A stretch of 64,000 nucleotides of DNA from assembly GCA_012295275.1 (NCBI GenBank), contig CM022665.1, forward strand, positions 7,316,001 to 7,380,000, read 5' to 3'. Made by a program: the position numbers and the translations under genes. Source of the DNA: Chrysomallon squamiferum. Taxonomy: Eukaryota; Animalia; Mollusca. This document shows, one piece after another, positions 37,501 to 51,800 of this stretch (position 1 is its first letter; every line of letters starts with the position of its first letter). The notes beneath the pieces are model-generated. The model worked only from the letters and a program-made list of their open reading frames with translations, had not been told where the DNA came from and did no database searches.

Positions 37501-40500
37501 ATACTGTAATAAAGATTACTAATGTTAAAAATGCTAAAAATGACCATGAGCATTAATTTTTCTTGAATAAACAGTTCAAATGTTATTTAATATTATTTTA
37601 TACTGATTTAATAAAATAATACACTTGGAAAGGATGAAATATTGTACATCTTAATTTGAATTGTTAGGAAGAATAAAAAGATAAAAATTAATGTGCGTGA
37701 ATACTGAAACAGGACATCAACGTAAAAAAACCCAACAAAAATTCAAGATAATTTATATCACAGTTGATATCTAGACTAACATATTTATTTTTCTACTCCA
37801 TCTGTTTAATTAAATATCCCTAATGATCTCTATCACTCCAGTATAACACACACATTTTTAAATTTTCACAGTTTACCAAAGTATTCAGTTGAAGAGAATG
37901 CTACAAACAGGATATGAATTTATCCTTTCTTTGGTTAGTGTCATAAAATGCCATAAAATGCCATAAAATGATAGAATGCACACCCAGACAATTAATTTTC
38001 ATATTTCTGTATTTCAAAACAAATGCTAAGGAAGAGTAAATTAAACCTATGTTACAGAGAAATAAAAAAATTCTACTGTGTAATAATGATTTTCGTGAAG
38101 GATGAAAGTTAAGAAAATATTTGTATATATATTTTGTGTGAAGGATTATGTCTTACAATTCCATAAAAGTTGCTGTTGATCATGATAGGTGACCTTCCCT
38201 TCAGATATACATAGCTTTCCCACCAATCCGATACCTGTGAAAGAAAACATTTCATGTGAACTTATGTCAGAACTCAGTGCAGAATGATTAGTTGTATGCA
38301 CATTTTGCAGCTTGTCAGAAAAAGAAAAAAACATCTGTTGTCTAATTCCAATTACCAGCAGGTCAGAGTGAATTATTAATTTTCTGATATACAAGAACAT
38401 TTCACAAGTGGCACTGAAAAGTGAGTCTTGAAAAACTGAACTAAAAACAGTTGCCAAGGACAGATTCTTAAATACAGAATGCTTATCAATATGTAGCAAG
38501 TTGGAAGCAAAGTAATTAAATAAGTAAATAATAACAATAACAATAACAAAGACAAAATACACTGATTTATCTGCTTTTTATTCCAGAATCACTGGCAATT
38601 TTTTTTTTTTTTTTTATGAAAAAAGTACAGTGTCAAAGATATTGTCATCTGTAAAATTATGTATTCATTAATAACACCATAAAATATTGCTATAAACAGC
38701 AAAATAATTGTTCACTGATAAGGATGAACATTTAACACTTACATAGTTGGTTGCCCACCAAGATTTGAGAACAAGATACCACTGAAGCCTTTTGCCAATC
38801 CCGTATCTAAATTCATAAGCCAGTTTTTCCATTCTTTTGTACTTTCCCTCTTCCATGATGGGATGAATCGATTCAAGAAACTAGAAAGTGAAAGAGAATT
38901 TATGTTTGTCTGTCTGTCACAACTTTGATACATTCATCAAATTTGGCATAGCATTTTTCAGTGTGAATGTAAAAACGTTTATATAAAAAAAAAAATTCAA
39001 TGAATATTTACGTGTACTAAAAAATAACAAAGATCGATACTGTCTTATTCCGTTTGAACTTCTTTTTTCTGTCTTGAATTATAATTTTTATTTCAAAAAG
39101 ATAAAACTGAAAGCTTGTTATGGTGTACCGCAATGGCAAAAATTGCCCATAAATTCATGAATACATGTATGCATTATGTATGAATGTGCCCTCACATTAG
39201 CACAATCGTTTAAACAAACTGAATCTGTACAGGTATAGCCACAGCTGTCAAGCAGACACATCATGCTGGACTCCTGTAATTTTCATCACCATAATAAAGT
39301 TTGAAAAAGAATTTATGATGAAAACATTTAATACATTTTTTTATAAATGTTTGTTTTAGGTGTGCGTGGGGGTTTCAGTCTGAATTAGATTATAGGATAA
39401 AAACCAGACTTAATGCTGATGGAAAGTGACTGATCCTGAAGTGAATAAATGATTTCTGAAATTTCCACCCCCTCACACATATACACAAATACTGTTGATG
39501 CTATTCTAAAGAATATTAGATACCTTAGTTATGGTGTGATCAAGAGAAGGGACAGGCAGCTTTGGCAAAGAGGCTTGATAACTGTTTAGCAGAGGTTTCC
39601 TCCCACCAAACAAGCGTACCAGACCCTGAACAAAATAATAAATAAAATATCATTAATTCAGAAACTGAATTATAATTTTTATATTTAATTTTTATAATTA
39701 ACTGTGTAATAAAATTACATATAAATCCTCAAATCTATTAACCTATTTCAAGTGCATGTGACAACAAAAGAGAATTTCTGTTCTAAATTAAATGTAAAGG
39801 TAAAAAAAAAAAAAAAAAATTATAATAATAATAATAATTCATTAATACTTTAGACAGTTGTGTATTTGAAAACATTTGTCTTCAGTACAAAAATATCTGT
39901 TCAGCTGATAAATTAAGATATCAAATTAATGAAAGCACTTACCAACCACAGCTTAGTTTTGAGTGAAGCGGGTCCCCTTACTTCATATATCCAACCATGG
40001 TAAGTGAGTAATGCCTTCAGGCTGTACTTGATGAAGAGAATTGCAATCACCCACATGAGAACAGCAAAGAGAGCACAGCTAATATCAAAACTGATGGTTG
40101 GGTTGGTTGCATCAAGACTGTAATAAAACAACATCTTAGCATGTTATTATTAATACCGATTGTGTGAGAAATGTAATGCTTTTCTATAATGAAATGAAAA
40201 AGAAAACCAGTTTACATCAAATAGTAATTTTCTATTAGTAAAAACGGTTTCTTTTATAAATAACCTCACACTGTAACTAGTGGTGGTAAAATCACACATT
40301 ACAGCAAATCAGTTGTGAGATACTGGTTGGAACAAGAAAGAGTGTTGCTGACAAAACAGTTATCAGTGGAAAAAGATCACTATTTGTGTGACCTCATTAT
40401 CTAAACTGTTCATTTAATAATTAAATCCATTAACCAACTTTGTAAAAAAAAAAAAAAAATTATCTGTTTTTGTCTCATTAAAATAATGTGAGTAACTTAA

Positions 40501-40819
40501 TTAATGTCACTAAGTTTTCTGTTAATTGTATGCAATGTATAATGAAAAACTATTTGTCTTCAAATACAAAATAACAAGCTGGTGTAATAGTTATGATGGA
40601 CATTAAGTTGCTGATAGCCTGATAACTTACCCAAGCATATGGGTTTGAAAGAAGTGTATCAGACCAAATGATGGATCAAAGCCTCCATAATAGAACCCCA
40701 TAATAACTGCCAATGTGAGAAAAAAACTCTTTGGAGATGCCGGAAAAAGTCCATTTCTGAAATTATTCTGTGAAAGGGAAAAAAAAAAAAAAACAATCAT
40801 TTATATTTAAACAGTAAAG

Positions 40820-40866
<47 letters not shown>

Positions 40867-41366
40867 TGTTTGTGTGTGTGTGTGTGATTAAAAATGGTGG
40901 CACTATTTCTTTACATGAAATCAAAAACATTATTGAATGTCATTGGTTTGTTTCATGTTCATAATCACTGGAACCATTTTTTACCTGGATTAGGTTCTTG
41001 TTTTGTATTCTCAGTGATTATAAAGGTATAATCAATACTATCAAGAAATATTTTGTATATCTTTAAAGATTAATTTTAAGTAACACACATAACTTGGAAC
41101 CTTTCTTTTTTGTTGTTGATGAAGTAGGAATATTATAAAGGAATGGATATTGCCATAAAAATGTATAATATCTGAAATATTACATCAAAATTAATATTTG
41201 TTATAGATAACAATATGTGTATTACTTTCATTCGTCCAATGCGTTTCTTCCATGATGAAATTCCACTTTCCCAGATTGCCTTGAACACCTCATGATTGAG
41301 ATCAAGGTTGACACCCTCAGGAGTCACAGTGAAAGAAAAAGCAACTGCAGAATGTGCTTCAGCCAT
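27329..41366 (-). CDS. CPT1: Carnitine O-palmitoyltransferase 1
   Basis: N-terminus [19 protein letters not shown] and motifs [37 protein letters not shown](A/G)[66 protein letters not shown]. Exons: 41226-41366, 40631-40767, 39943-40117, 39524-39625, 38743-38880, 38157-38234, 37314-37421, 36941-37025, 36503-36617, 36008-36164, 35596-35643, 35095-35202, 34659-34684, [33719-33784 or 32862-32927], 30868-30952, 29851-30015, 29410-29544, 28525-28713, 28138-28215, 27799-27891, 27329-27400 (TAA). Confidence 0.97.
31912..32102. repeat. Degenerate interspersed (SINE-like) repeat in a CPT1 intron; a second fragment may lie at ~32590-32710
   Basis: Starts GGAAGGAAGAAATG..ATTTAAC and contains GATTAGC..GGATACTTATATA..ACAGACAGGA. 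This resembles, from memory only, an abundant gastropod SINE-like family; no database check was possible. Confidence 0.3.
32862..32927 (-). CDS. CPT1: CPT1 alternative exon 'B' (66 nt): (W)[21 protein letters not shown](R)
   Basis: TAACAG|G...AG|GTAAAG. Same length and phase as exon A, no stop codon, and conserved D, IM and W positions. Confidence 0.85.
33719..33784 (-). CDS. CPT1: CPT1 alternative exon 'A' (66 nt): (W)[21 protein letters not shown](G)
   Basis: ACATAG|G...GG|GTAAAT, phase 2-2. Matches the canonical CPT1 HSWADAP segment. Confidence 0.92.
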
Positions 41367-41792
41367 GACTTTTTCTGGGTTTTTAAAAAAAAAGAAAATC
41401 AGAATTAAATATTTCATAATATTAATATCAACAGTAATACAAACCTAAGCTGGAAAACAAACTGAATATGACTAACATAACAAAATTTATAACTAAGGGC
41501 GTATGGTGAGACAGAACACTAAAGGCAACTATGAGCAAATGAAAAGAAAACATAGCAAATTGTAATTAGTTCATTTTAGAACAATCAAAAATACAGTACA
41601 ATTTTATCAACTTCTGTACTTTTAAGAATGAAATTCAGAATAGAAATTCTCAGTAGATACTAAAACAAACTAGGATATATCCAATAATATCCAGCATAAA
41701 AGCAAATTTCATTATTGTGGAAGAGTCCTATATACATTTCCTCAGCAACTTGTGCACAATGACAGATGAGGTAATTAGAAAAATAATAATAA

Positions 41793-41826
<34 letters not shown>

Positions 41827-42583
41827 TTCTGTACATCAAATTTAAAAGAAAGATGTTGCCACAGCGTTACAAATGCATATACTCATGTCCTCAGAATGCT
41901 AAATACTGTTGTTATAAACAAAACCACTAATTTAGTTAAGTACTTGTGAAACTAATTTCATTCCATGCAGTAACACATTCAGGAAGTGCTGGGCTTTCCT
42001 ACATTTTAATAATGAATGGTTCATTACTAAATCCTACTGTTATGTAAAAGGAATTTGGATATCAAGCTAAAAATAGTTAATGAAGCAACATATTATTATT
42101 ATTATATAATACTGTAATATTGACAATGCATTGTAACAGTTGAAATATATATATAGCAGAACAGATGTGTCAGTGTACTTTATTACATTTGTCATTACTG
42201 ATGTTTTAAAATAAAACTCAGCAAAATAAATATATAAATATAAACAGTCTTTCTGGTTACTGTAGTGTAGGTTTGAATGGACTAATATTATTTCTGAGGT
42301 AAAGGATAAAATACCCATCATTATGTATACATTTACACTGGATGTTCTATTTATGTAAATCTTTTTACATAGTAATAAATTGTGAACACATTCTGGATTA
42401 CTAATTAGAAATGATCTACATGCTACATTTTTTTTTTTTAAATCGCTAGAACACACAAATATCTTTTAACATGAAGTCAACAGAAATGTTTAGCTGTTCT
42501 AGGAACTGAAACACTATTTTTGGCAGAAACATTAATAAACTGTCTAAAATATACCAAAGTCAAATAAAGTAATAATGTCAAAA

Positions 42584-42622
<39 letters not shown>

Positions 42623-44979
42623 CACACTTATTAAATAAGTAAATAAATACATAAATACATAAATAAAATATTCTAGTGCTTTTATTTTCCTTCAGACAAA
42701 CTAAGCATTGTTTATTGCTTCCTTCAACTGCACTTTAACCCCCAACTTAAATGATTTTGGTAATGTCTACAGCCCAAACCCTGTCTGTTTCAATTTTTCC
42801 TGGTAACTGGAACATTTTGATCAGAATTTAATCATTAAAATTATCTCTCCTATTCATTATTTCCAAGATTTAAAGATATATTTCAGTAACGAAAGCAAAA
42901 AACTAACATAAAAGGTACATGATCTCTACAAAAATTAATATGCTTCAAATTAAAATGAACATTATTTATAGAAAACTCAATTTGTTAAAGTGGATAAGAG
43001 CTGTAACATGCACTAACTTAGGTATACAAAATATATCATTTTAATGTTGCTTAATGATAAAATACATACATGTAAAATGACTGCAGGCTACAGAACTTGA
43101 GAAAAAAATGTATTAAGTATTCAAAATGAAAATGTATGAATATAATGAAATATTATTATACAAAAGATGCTGTAAAATGCGAATATGCTTGCCCTGTTAA
43201 TGCTGAAGGTTGTCTTAACACAAGGCTTATATATAATGTCAGTGTGATATTAATGGTTTGTTGCTCAGTCATCCGTATTGTAACATTTATACTGGCAGGA
43301 CCTGTTTATTAATATGTCTCAGCATGTTTAAGTTTTTTTAATCCTGTCATAAAACACTAAACTACATGACACAGTTCTAACGATAAAAACCTAATCATGT
43401 AAGTTTATTCTTTTTTGTTGCTTTTGTCTGGTTTTTTGTTGTTTGGTTTTGAAAATAAAAGATAAAAATTCATTTCATCTTATTTCTTGTACATGTCACC
43501 TTGACATTACAGTCAGGGAATGTGAATGCAATAGAAGTTCATACAAGTAAATGGTATTAAGCTCGGAAAGCGTCTGATAATTTCTTATATCTAATCTGCT
43601 ACATCTGTTTTCTGTTAATTTCTTAGACTTGCCTGTAATATGCAATGCAATATTATATTCACAAACTTGGAAAAACCTAAATCAGAAGTAAATAAATCTT
43701 GCTGGATTCCTTTAAACAATTACAGCTTATTATAATTTCTACTAAACATTCAACCATATAATTTCAAAAGTTTTAGGCTGCAATCATTTTATTTTTATTT
43801 TACTCAGTCATTGTCTTTTTTCTATAAAATGTCTTATCTAGATACAGATTTTTATTTCTTGTTCATTATGAATTTAACATCTCATTATTATGAAAATTTT
43901 ATTTTATTCATTTTATTATATATATACATTTTTACTATGACAGCTAGAATGTGTGTTTAATTTATTTAATATAATAGTGATGTGTCATTAGGATTATCAA
44001 TATATACATAATAAAAAAACTTAACCTCATTCCTTTTGTCACAGCCTCACTTGTTGTAAAAGGAAGGGGTTCAAATGATTTTGTTCATAGTTATTTTGTT
44101 TTTGTTTTTTTAAACTGATTTTTATATTATCAAAGTGGTTTAAAATGTTTCATCACATCACAGACTTTTAAACTATAACTAGAATAATAATATTTATTAT
44201 TAAATTGTTGTTGTCATTTTAGTGCTGGTAGTGTTCGTTCTTTTTATAGTGTCTTAACATTATCAAAATGTTTTAAATTTATTATATTACTTCAGGTCAA
44301 ACAATGGAAAAAAATAATAAACTTGTTCTAATAAAACAGAGATCTACAGAGATTTTTTTTTTTTAAATGTTGCAAAAGTCAGTCATAAAATAATTAGTAC
44401 TGTAAAATTATAATAAATAGTTCACTTTTACACAACAAAATGAGTTCAAAAACATTAAAAACAAATTAAAAAAACATTAAAATTTTTATATTGTAATTAT
44501 CACTTGTTATAGGTCAGTCAGTTTGCAACAAATGTATTGTTATCTGGAAACTGTGTAAAATTAGATGTACCGATTTTATTTATAAATAAACATTAAGGAT
44601 CATAAAACACTCCATTCTCACGATTCTGCATATATCATGGATTGTATCGATTTTTAAAACAAATTCTATTTATTAATTTTCATTTAATTCAAAAGAACAG
44701 CAATATTATATCAATGTTTATCGGAGCGTAAATATGTTTATTTAAAAAGTCACGTTATTTATTCATGATAAAGGACATCATACCCATTTGAACGACCTCG
44801 GGTTCTACGTTATCGACTTGATAAAAATAAAAAAATAAAACATTTTAAAATGCACCATTTCCTTAGCTCATATACCTGTCGGTCTAGTAACACTAATCTA
44901 AACAAATGTAACTCATACAACAGCAATATTATATATGATGGTGATAATTAAGTATATCAGACATGTATATTGTAACTTA

Positions 44980-45390
44980 GTACTTGTAGCAGAGGACCCG
45001 GAATGTCAATGATCCGAGAGAAATCATTTTTGAAAGAAATGTGATCAACGAACCGAACAGAATGAGTTACGGTGCTTAAAGATTAGTAAAAATACTTATT
45101 TAGTGTCTGTATAATCAACAAAAACACTACCTGTTTTCTTTAATTTTACAGCACTTTGAACTTTCCAGCTGTATATGATGTTTCCCGGAAAACTCAAAAA
45201 CCACAAACAACTTGGTGCCCCGATGTCAGCTGGAGTTACGGTAAATTATTAATTTCACTCTGCCTGTCGGTAACCAGTCTAAACAGAAAAAAAAAAAATA
45301 AGATGAAAGCGAGGTTATACCTAAATATAGCAACATGTATTTGTGATGTGATAAAAAGGTCTCAAGTGCACATTCGCCAATAGTTTATAA
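44980..45390 (-). promoter_or_regulatory. Probable CPT1 promoter / non-coding first exon
   Basis: Local return of CpG dinucleotides upstream of the CPT1 ATG, and a minus-strand donor CAG|GTAGTG at 45131. Confidence 0.4.
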
Positions 45391-45677
45391 AACAACAACA
45401 AACAAATAACTACTTCAATAAGTATATAATGCAATAAATAAATAAATAAATAAATAATAACAAAAACACTAATATTTCAATATGTATAAATTATCTCAAC
45501 CCATAATAAAATATCTCCAAAATGACCTCAACTAACTAAATAAATAAATCAATTAATTAATTTAACCATAAACAGTTAACATGATGAATATGTGAATAAA
45601 TTTGATAAACCAAAGTTCAGTGATCCAGAATGAAAGTTTTTGATTTCACTAGCAGTGTTCACGGGCATTATTACTTT

Positions 45678-45721
<44 letters not shown>

Positions 45722-47019
45722 CACTCTGCTGCAGCTGCAGTCATAAAAATGTTCACGCTGTACTAAAAATAACATTCACTGATTCAGTAACTTGAGACCA
45801 GTAAGGTGCCTGAAAAACTTCAAATGATTTTTTCTATAAAAGTGTCAAAAATTGAATTAATTTACCAATTTTTATTTTATATATATATATATATATATAT
45901 ATGAACGTACCTGAGGTATATTACATATTAGGGAAATCTTAAACGCGATGTCATAGTACAAAGTGTATGAAGCCAGCAAAATAGGTTAATTGCTTTTGCT
46001 GCATTTCCGTTGATGGCATAATAGCTTAGATAAAGATTATACCTCAGCCCTGGGTTGGTGGTTAATGGGTTTTTCAGCTGTTTCTTTACTGTCCTAATAA
46101 TAAAGTTTTAATATTTTGTTTCTTTTAAGCTAACATTAAATTTAATATGTGTATATGTATATATAGATGTATGTATGTATGTATGTGTATAGACACACAC
46201 ATTTTTCTTCCCTTTTCGATTTACTAATTCTGGTACAAGTATATGAAAAAATACTATTTTTTTAATGTGTTTGTGTGTATGTGTATTGCTCAAAACCATA
46301 ACACATTTGAGTAATCCAATTTATTTACTGTGTACATCAGAAACCCTGTTACCAATGCTTACATTTGAATTTCCCCCCTTCATTTTCTATCCCCTGACAC
46401 ACACCTTATGCAAATATTCAAAATGATTTCTAAATTTCCCATCAGTGTTTACTTTTATGAGATTAACAAGAAAGATAAAGTACAGAAAACATCTGTAGGA
46501 ACAATGTGTATTAACATATGTATGTGAATAAATGTCAAATTACTAGTATTATAGAGGACGTAGCAACAGTACAATTATTTCATCAGTCTATCATGCATAT
46601 AAATAATAATAATTTATTGTCAAGTTTGCTTGCATTCTCAGAAATGTACTTCTTTATTATCATACTTTATTTTATTTATTGTCATAGTTTATTAATATAA
46701 TTGCCTAGTACAAATAAAACAACAATTTTGCAGTGTATAAAATTTATTTAGATTATTAGACTGTTCAATCAAATGTAGGTACATTATATTATTTTAGCTG
46801 TATTAGCTACCAAACAAACAAAATAAAAAAATAAAAAAAATATTGGTGCCATAATGAAAATAATAATAGTAAAATATAAATAAAGCAAAAATGGATTCAA
46901 TGATTAACAAAAATATATATTTTTTAAATATTTAATTCCTCTTTGTTCTTCTTACTAACAATAAAATAACAGGTAAATTTCAGCTGATTTGTTTTACATT
47001 AAAAATATGTTTTTCCCAC

Positions 47020-47450
47020 TCATCTGAATCCAAGATTGGTTTTGCCTAATGAATGGTCAGGACAGTAAAACACTCTGAAGAAATGTTCAAGCACCAGCCA
47101 ATAAATAGATGTACTATCATCAAACCTCCATTCATCTGCCAAAATGTTATTTGGAAGAACTGTATCAACAACCTTACTATCAAGACATTATCAACCTCAC
47201 ATCACAGACAAGCATGAAACATTATCATGATGCACACACACACTGCCAAATTAACAGCGAAGTCTACAGAGTGAACAAAGGATAATTATCTTGGACCATG
47301 CTAACAAATCTTTGATACCTGGTAAAACTGTTAGGCAACAATACACATAAAATCTTACGTTGTAACAAATGACTCTGGATCCATACTGAAGAAATTGATC
47401 TCAACTGATGATAATCCATCACAAGATCCAGAAGACAACCACAACACACA
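47020..47450 (+). mobile_element. Decayed Ty3/Gypsy-type LTR retrotransposon integrase fragment
   Basis: Across stops and frameshifts it reads GFA**MVRTVK..LKKC, then SAKMLFGRTVSTTL (cf. SPAELLFGRxLRTxL), MKHYHDAH, and PGK.VRQ..SYVVTNDSG. This is the integrase core end plus C-terminal region. No LTRs seen. Confidence 0.7.
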
Positions 47451-48815
47451 GCTACAACCAAAAGAATAATATTTGTCACCTGTGACACTGATGAAACAGT
47501 TAACACTCAACCAGTACTGAACCAAGTCTTCAGAGAAATATGGAAACCTTGAAATTACTTTCACCAAATAAAAACACTTGGTGTTCTACTACAGGCTCTT
47601 GTAGGAAAATAAAGATGACCACAAGATTCATGGAATAGAATGACATGAAGCTGAATATACTCAATTTACAACCACATGGAATTACATTTGGTACTGTACA
47701 CTGCACAAGTACTTTGGATATAGAAACAGCAGAGTAGTGTCTAACTTACCCTCTCTCAGTCTTAGTTTCATGCCTTCAGTCTGTCAGTATCCACTACACT
47801 AGCATTAAAGTTATTTTTTTCTCTATAACTTTGAACTTTATTGTGTACTTGAAAGTACATGATTCTGTTTTTATGTTCTGTATAAAAGGTACACAAATTA
47901 AAACAAAGTTATCAAACTGAAGGAATAAATAAAAACAATTACCCGTATTTACAGCATCCAAACCTAAGTAATACATTTTAGAGCTAATTTCTTCCAGTCT
48001 GTTTATTACAGGATACAGTACATTAAAAATGTTATAAATGGTACAAATGTGACATTATAATAGTATCTAAAGCGAGCAGTGCCTGCACTTAAAACAACAG
48101 AATTGCAATTAATGTTTAACTTCAGTTTCCAAGAGACTGAATAGACATTATTTTATTTTAAAAATATCCATTTTCAATTATAATTAAAAAAAAGGACTGA
48201 CAATCTCAGACTGCAAATTTTCTAATATTAACTCATTTTAAGAAAAGGGGGATGTTGTATTATTTGTATAATTTGTATATTTAGAATCTCAACATTGCAA
48301 CAGAACAGTCACAACCTTGAACATTAAAGATGAATGATCCAATCTTCTTTTCTTCTTTATTATGTTAGCAATAGCTTAACAGTCATTCAAAACCCATGCC
48401 ATAATCTATCAGTTAAATATTATTAAATCTAGCTTGCCATAAAGCTACCAATCTGGAATGTGTTTCAAATAATATTGGACTGCTGCAGTCATCATCCTAG
48501 GTATAAACCTATTTTGGATCTGTTCACTGACTTGGTAACAAAATGTAACCTTGCTCATGAACTATTAGTAGTAAAAAATACTTTGAAAAATAAATTTTTA
48601 AGTTATATAAACTTAAAATACAGGATACAAATTTACGTTAATGTGTCCATGTCATATATTATTCTCCAGGAATACAGACTATAGAAGCATATTCCCATTA
48701 ATTATAGTAAATATATATAAATTGTTTCTGAAATTGACTGTCATGGTGAATATTTTCTTCTGATGTGACTAGCCACACAAAAACAAGAAAAAGTTTTTCT
48801 TTCCAACATTGTCCG

Positions 48816-51800
48816 TCAAACAATGCCAAAATGAATTACTTTCACTGGTTTACCTTCTTCTGGTTTGGTCTGCAACAACAAAAATTTTAAGAATTTGAAC
48901 ATTTGAGATCAGTTAAATAAAATAATCCTTTAATACTTTATTTATATATGCATAAAAAAATAAAAAAAAAATAAAGCAAAATCTGTTAAATATTAACAAG
49001 TTCAAAGAAAAAAAAAAAATTAAATCAGTTACCCTTTTAAAAAGTTTCTTATACAGTTGTATTTAAAAAACAAAATATGTTCTTTTCTAAATATTTAACA
49101 AGTTCAATGAAAAAAATGCTTCTTACCTCACTTTCATAATTTCCTACAATAATAAAAAAAAAAAAAAAAAATAATAATAAAGAAGAATAAGCAAATTATA
49201 TAAATAAAATCAGAAGTAGGTATCATGAATAAGATTATTAAAATTAACATTTATGTAACTGCTAAACAAAATAATGAATTATATAAAATAATTTTTTTTT
49301 AAAGATACATTACTGGCAGTTTATTGTTTAGTTTTACTGCAGAATATTTTCTAGTGAACACAAAATACTTTGATTGTTCTAAATAATAGCTTAAATGTAT
49401 TTTACATGCCACTAATGAACTTTTTTTTTTTTTTTATGATCATCAAGAACATAGGAATATGTTTTACCTTTCTTTGTATGAAATGATATTTAAAAAAAAT
49501 AAAATGATAGACTCTATGATATCAAAGAGCTTATATTTAACTGTTATATTTTATTATTAGCATACAAGTAACAATGTATGTTAACTGTTCCAACCAACAT
49601 GTCATACTCCTGATGTTTTCAAAGAATCATCACTGTGCTGGATAGAAAGTGTTTGAATAAAATAATGTTTTTGAACTTATGGAATATTTTAATTTTAGCT
49701 AATATTTAACAAAGCTACCAATATGCTTACTGCTGTCAGTTCTTGTAGGCTGATCCATCAAGGCTGCAGCATAGTCATCAAAACCAATATCGTTCATTTG
49801 GTCTCTGAAAATCAATGAGCAACTTCAGAAAATGTAATGCAGAAATTTAATTACTATTTTTATTTTACTTAAACTGCTTTTTTTTCTATAGTTTTGTAAT
49901 AGAATTTGACTTCTTTCTTATACAGGACTAATTTTTAATTAAATGGTTATAAAATAACACAGACAGAAAAGTGAAATAGAAAAATCAGCAATACTTTTGG
50001 GGTGTACTAAAAGAACTGAACATATATGAAGAACTGCACATAAGAACCCAGAAATCCAAATTTCTTACACAGTTATAACCAGTAAATCACACTGGATTTA
50101 AAAACGCAAATACTACCTTCATAGTGATACTTGTATTAAAGAAATAAAAGTCAGTTCTCGATAATGTCAGTTTAGTTGAGAACAAGAACCCAGCAAAGTG
50201 GATTACCAGGCTTTTGCCCTCAGTGACCTTAATGATTTTGCTATTATGTCATCTGCTTACCAGCAGTATGACAATTGTACTCCTAAAACAATGACAGACA
50301 GTGAGGAAATCATGATGCTACTAAAATAGTAATTTTCACTGAATGTTTATGACAGAGTATATAAAGACATGGTTATGCACACACATATATAATATTAACA
50401 TTTCTAGCCAGAAATCAAAGAAATAATTCATTTTTGAAACTGAATGAAAATAAATGGATTAACTGTCAAAAATATCTTCACAAATTCAGTGTTTGATATA
50501 ACACTGTAGTCATCATAAAATTCGGATTTTCTCAAAATGGCTGCCATGTGGGTTACTGGGTTCCTGGGTTCTTATATGCAGATCTTCATTTATGCATTGC
50601 AGACATAATAATTTTAGAAACAATTGTACATAATTTTTTGGTTTTGTATTGTGCATTTTTGAAAATGTTTATTGACTTGATGTTAATAATAAAACTTGTT
50701 CATGTGTATGAACATCTCAAATATGAAACAAATACATTTAACAAAATGTTGGTTACTGTATTGTGACTTCAAATAAGATACACTATGATGAAGAAGTTTT
50801 ACTGGCTTCAGAATAAGCTAAATGGATGCTGCTGTATCAATCATCTATTTAACTAAATATATTTTTAATGAAAATAAATGCATTCTTTAAGGTTTTTCTC
50901 TCCTCTCACAAAAGATTGTTTTATTTCCATGGATTATTTGAAATTAATGTCCATCTTTGAAATACTCACCCATTCTGATTTAAATAATCACTGTTATGAC
51001 CTGTAGGGGTCCACATGCTGTAGTAGTTTGTCTGCCAGGGATGCTTGCGAGATGCTGGAAGCTGTGATTTAAAGACAAAATTAGAAACACTTTAAACAGA
51101 CACAATTCCGTAGTGAAACAGTTTTAGATGAATCATTTTTATATTTGCTGGATAAATGTTACTGTAGATAGCCAGCTATTTAAGGGTTTACCTCGTTTGG
51201 CCTATCCTGGATTTCAATCTGCACATTTTCTTCTATCCCCTGTTTCACACCTGCATAATCATCATCAAAATGATCTAGAAAAATAAAATTTAAAACAAAA
51301 GTAATAATAATAAAGAATGGTATGAAAACTGCCTATTTCACAAACAGGACTCAAAAATGTTTCCTCACTGAACATCAAAATATTGTTATATATGAACATC
51401 TGCTTCTATATACTTTTAAGTGATGAGTTGAGTTTTCTTTTTTGTGAAAGATCTCATTAATTAGCAATTAGGCACTGCTTAAGGCATTTTCCCATAGAAA
51501 AATACATACTAAACCTTTTAGTAAATTAGTTATGGATTATAGCTCACTTAATGCACTAAGGATTGTAACAGACTCGTTTTAAGCTAAACTTGCCTAATGA
51601 CTCTAAGTCAAGCTGTTCTGCTTTTTTCTTGGCCACTTCAGCTAAAGCAGTTTCTCCTTTGTCCAAAGCCATGTAATGAATATCCTGTAAATGTATAATA
51701 ATTTTAGAAACATTTGTACACAGGCTCCAGCTATTTTTATTTATTTATTATTATTATTTTTTTACTATTTAACATTTAACTCCAATGTTTTTTTTTACAG

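Noticed and set aside
47264-47567. Two minus-strand ORFs as extra WDPCP exons or a small gene
   Set aside because: WDPCP ends at 48816 with its conserved terminal motif, and these ORFs overlap the decayed integrase region in antisense.
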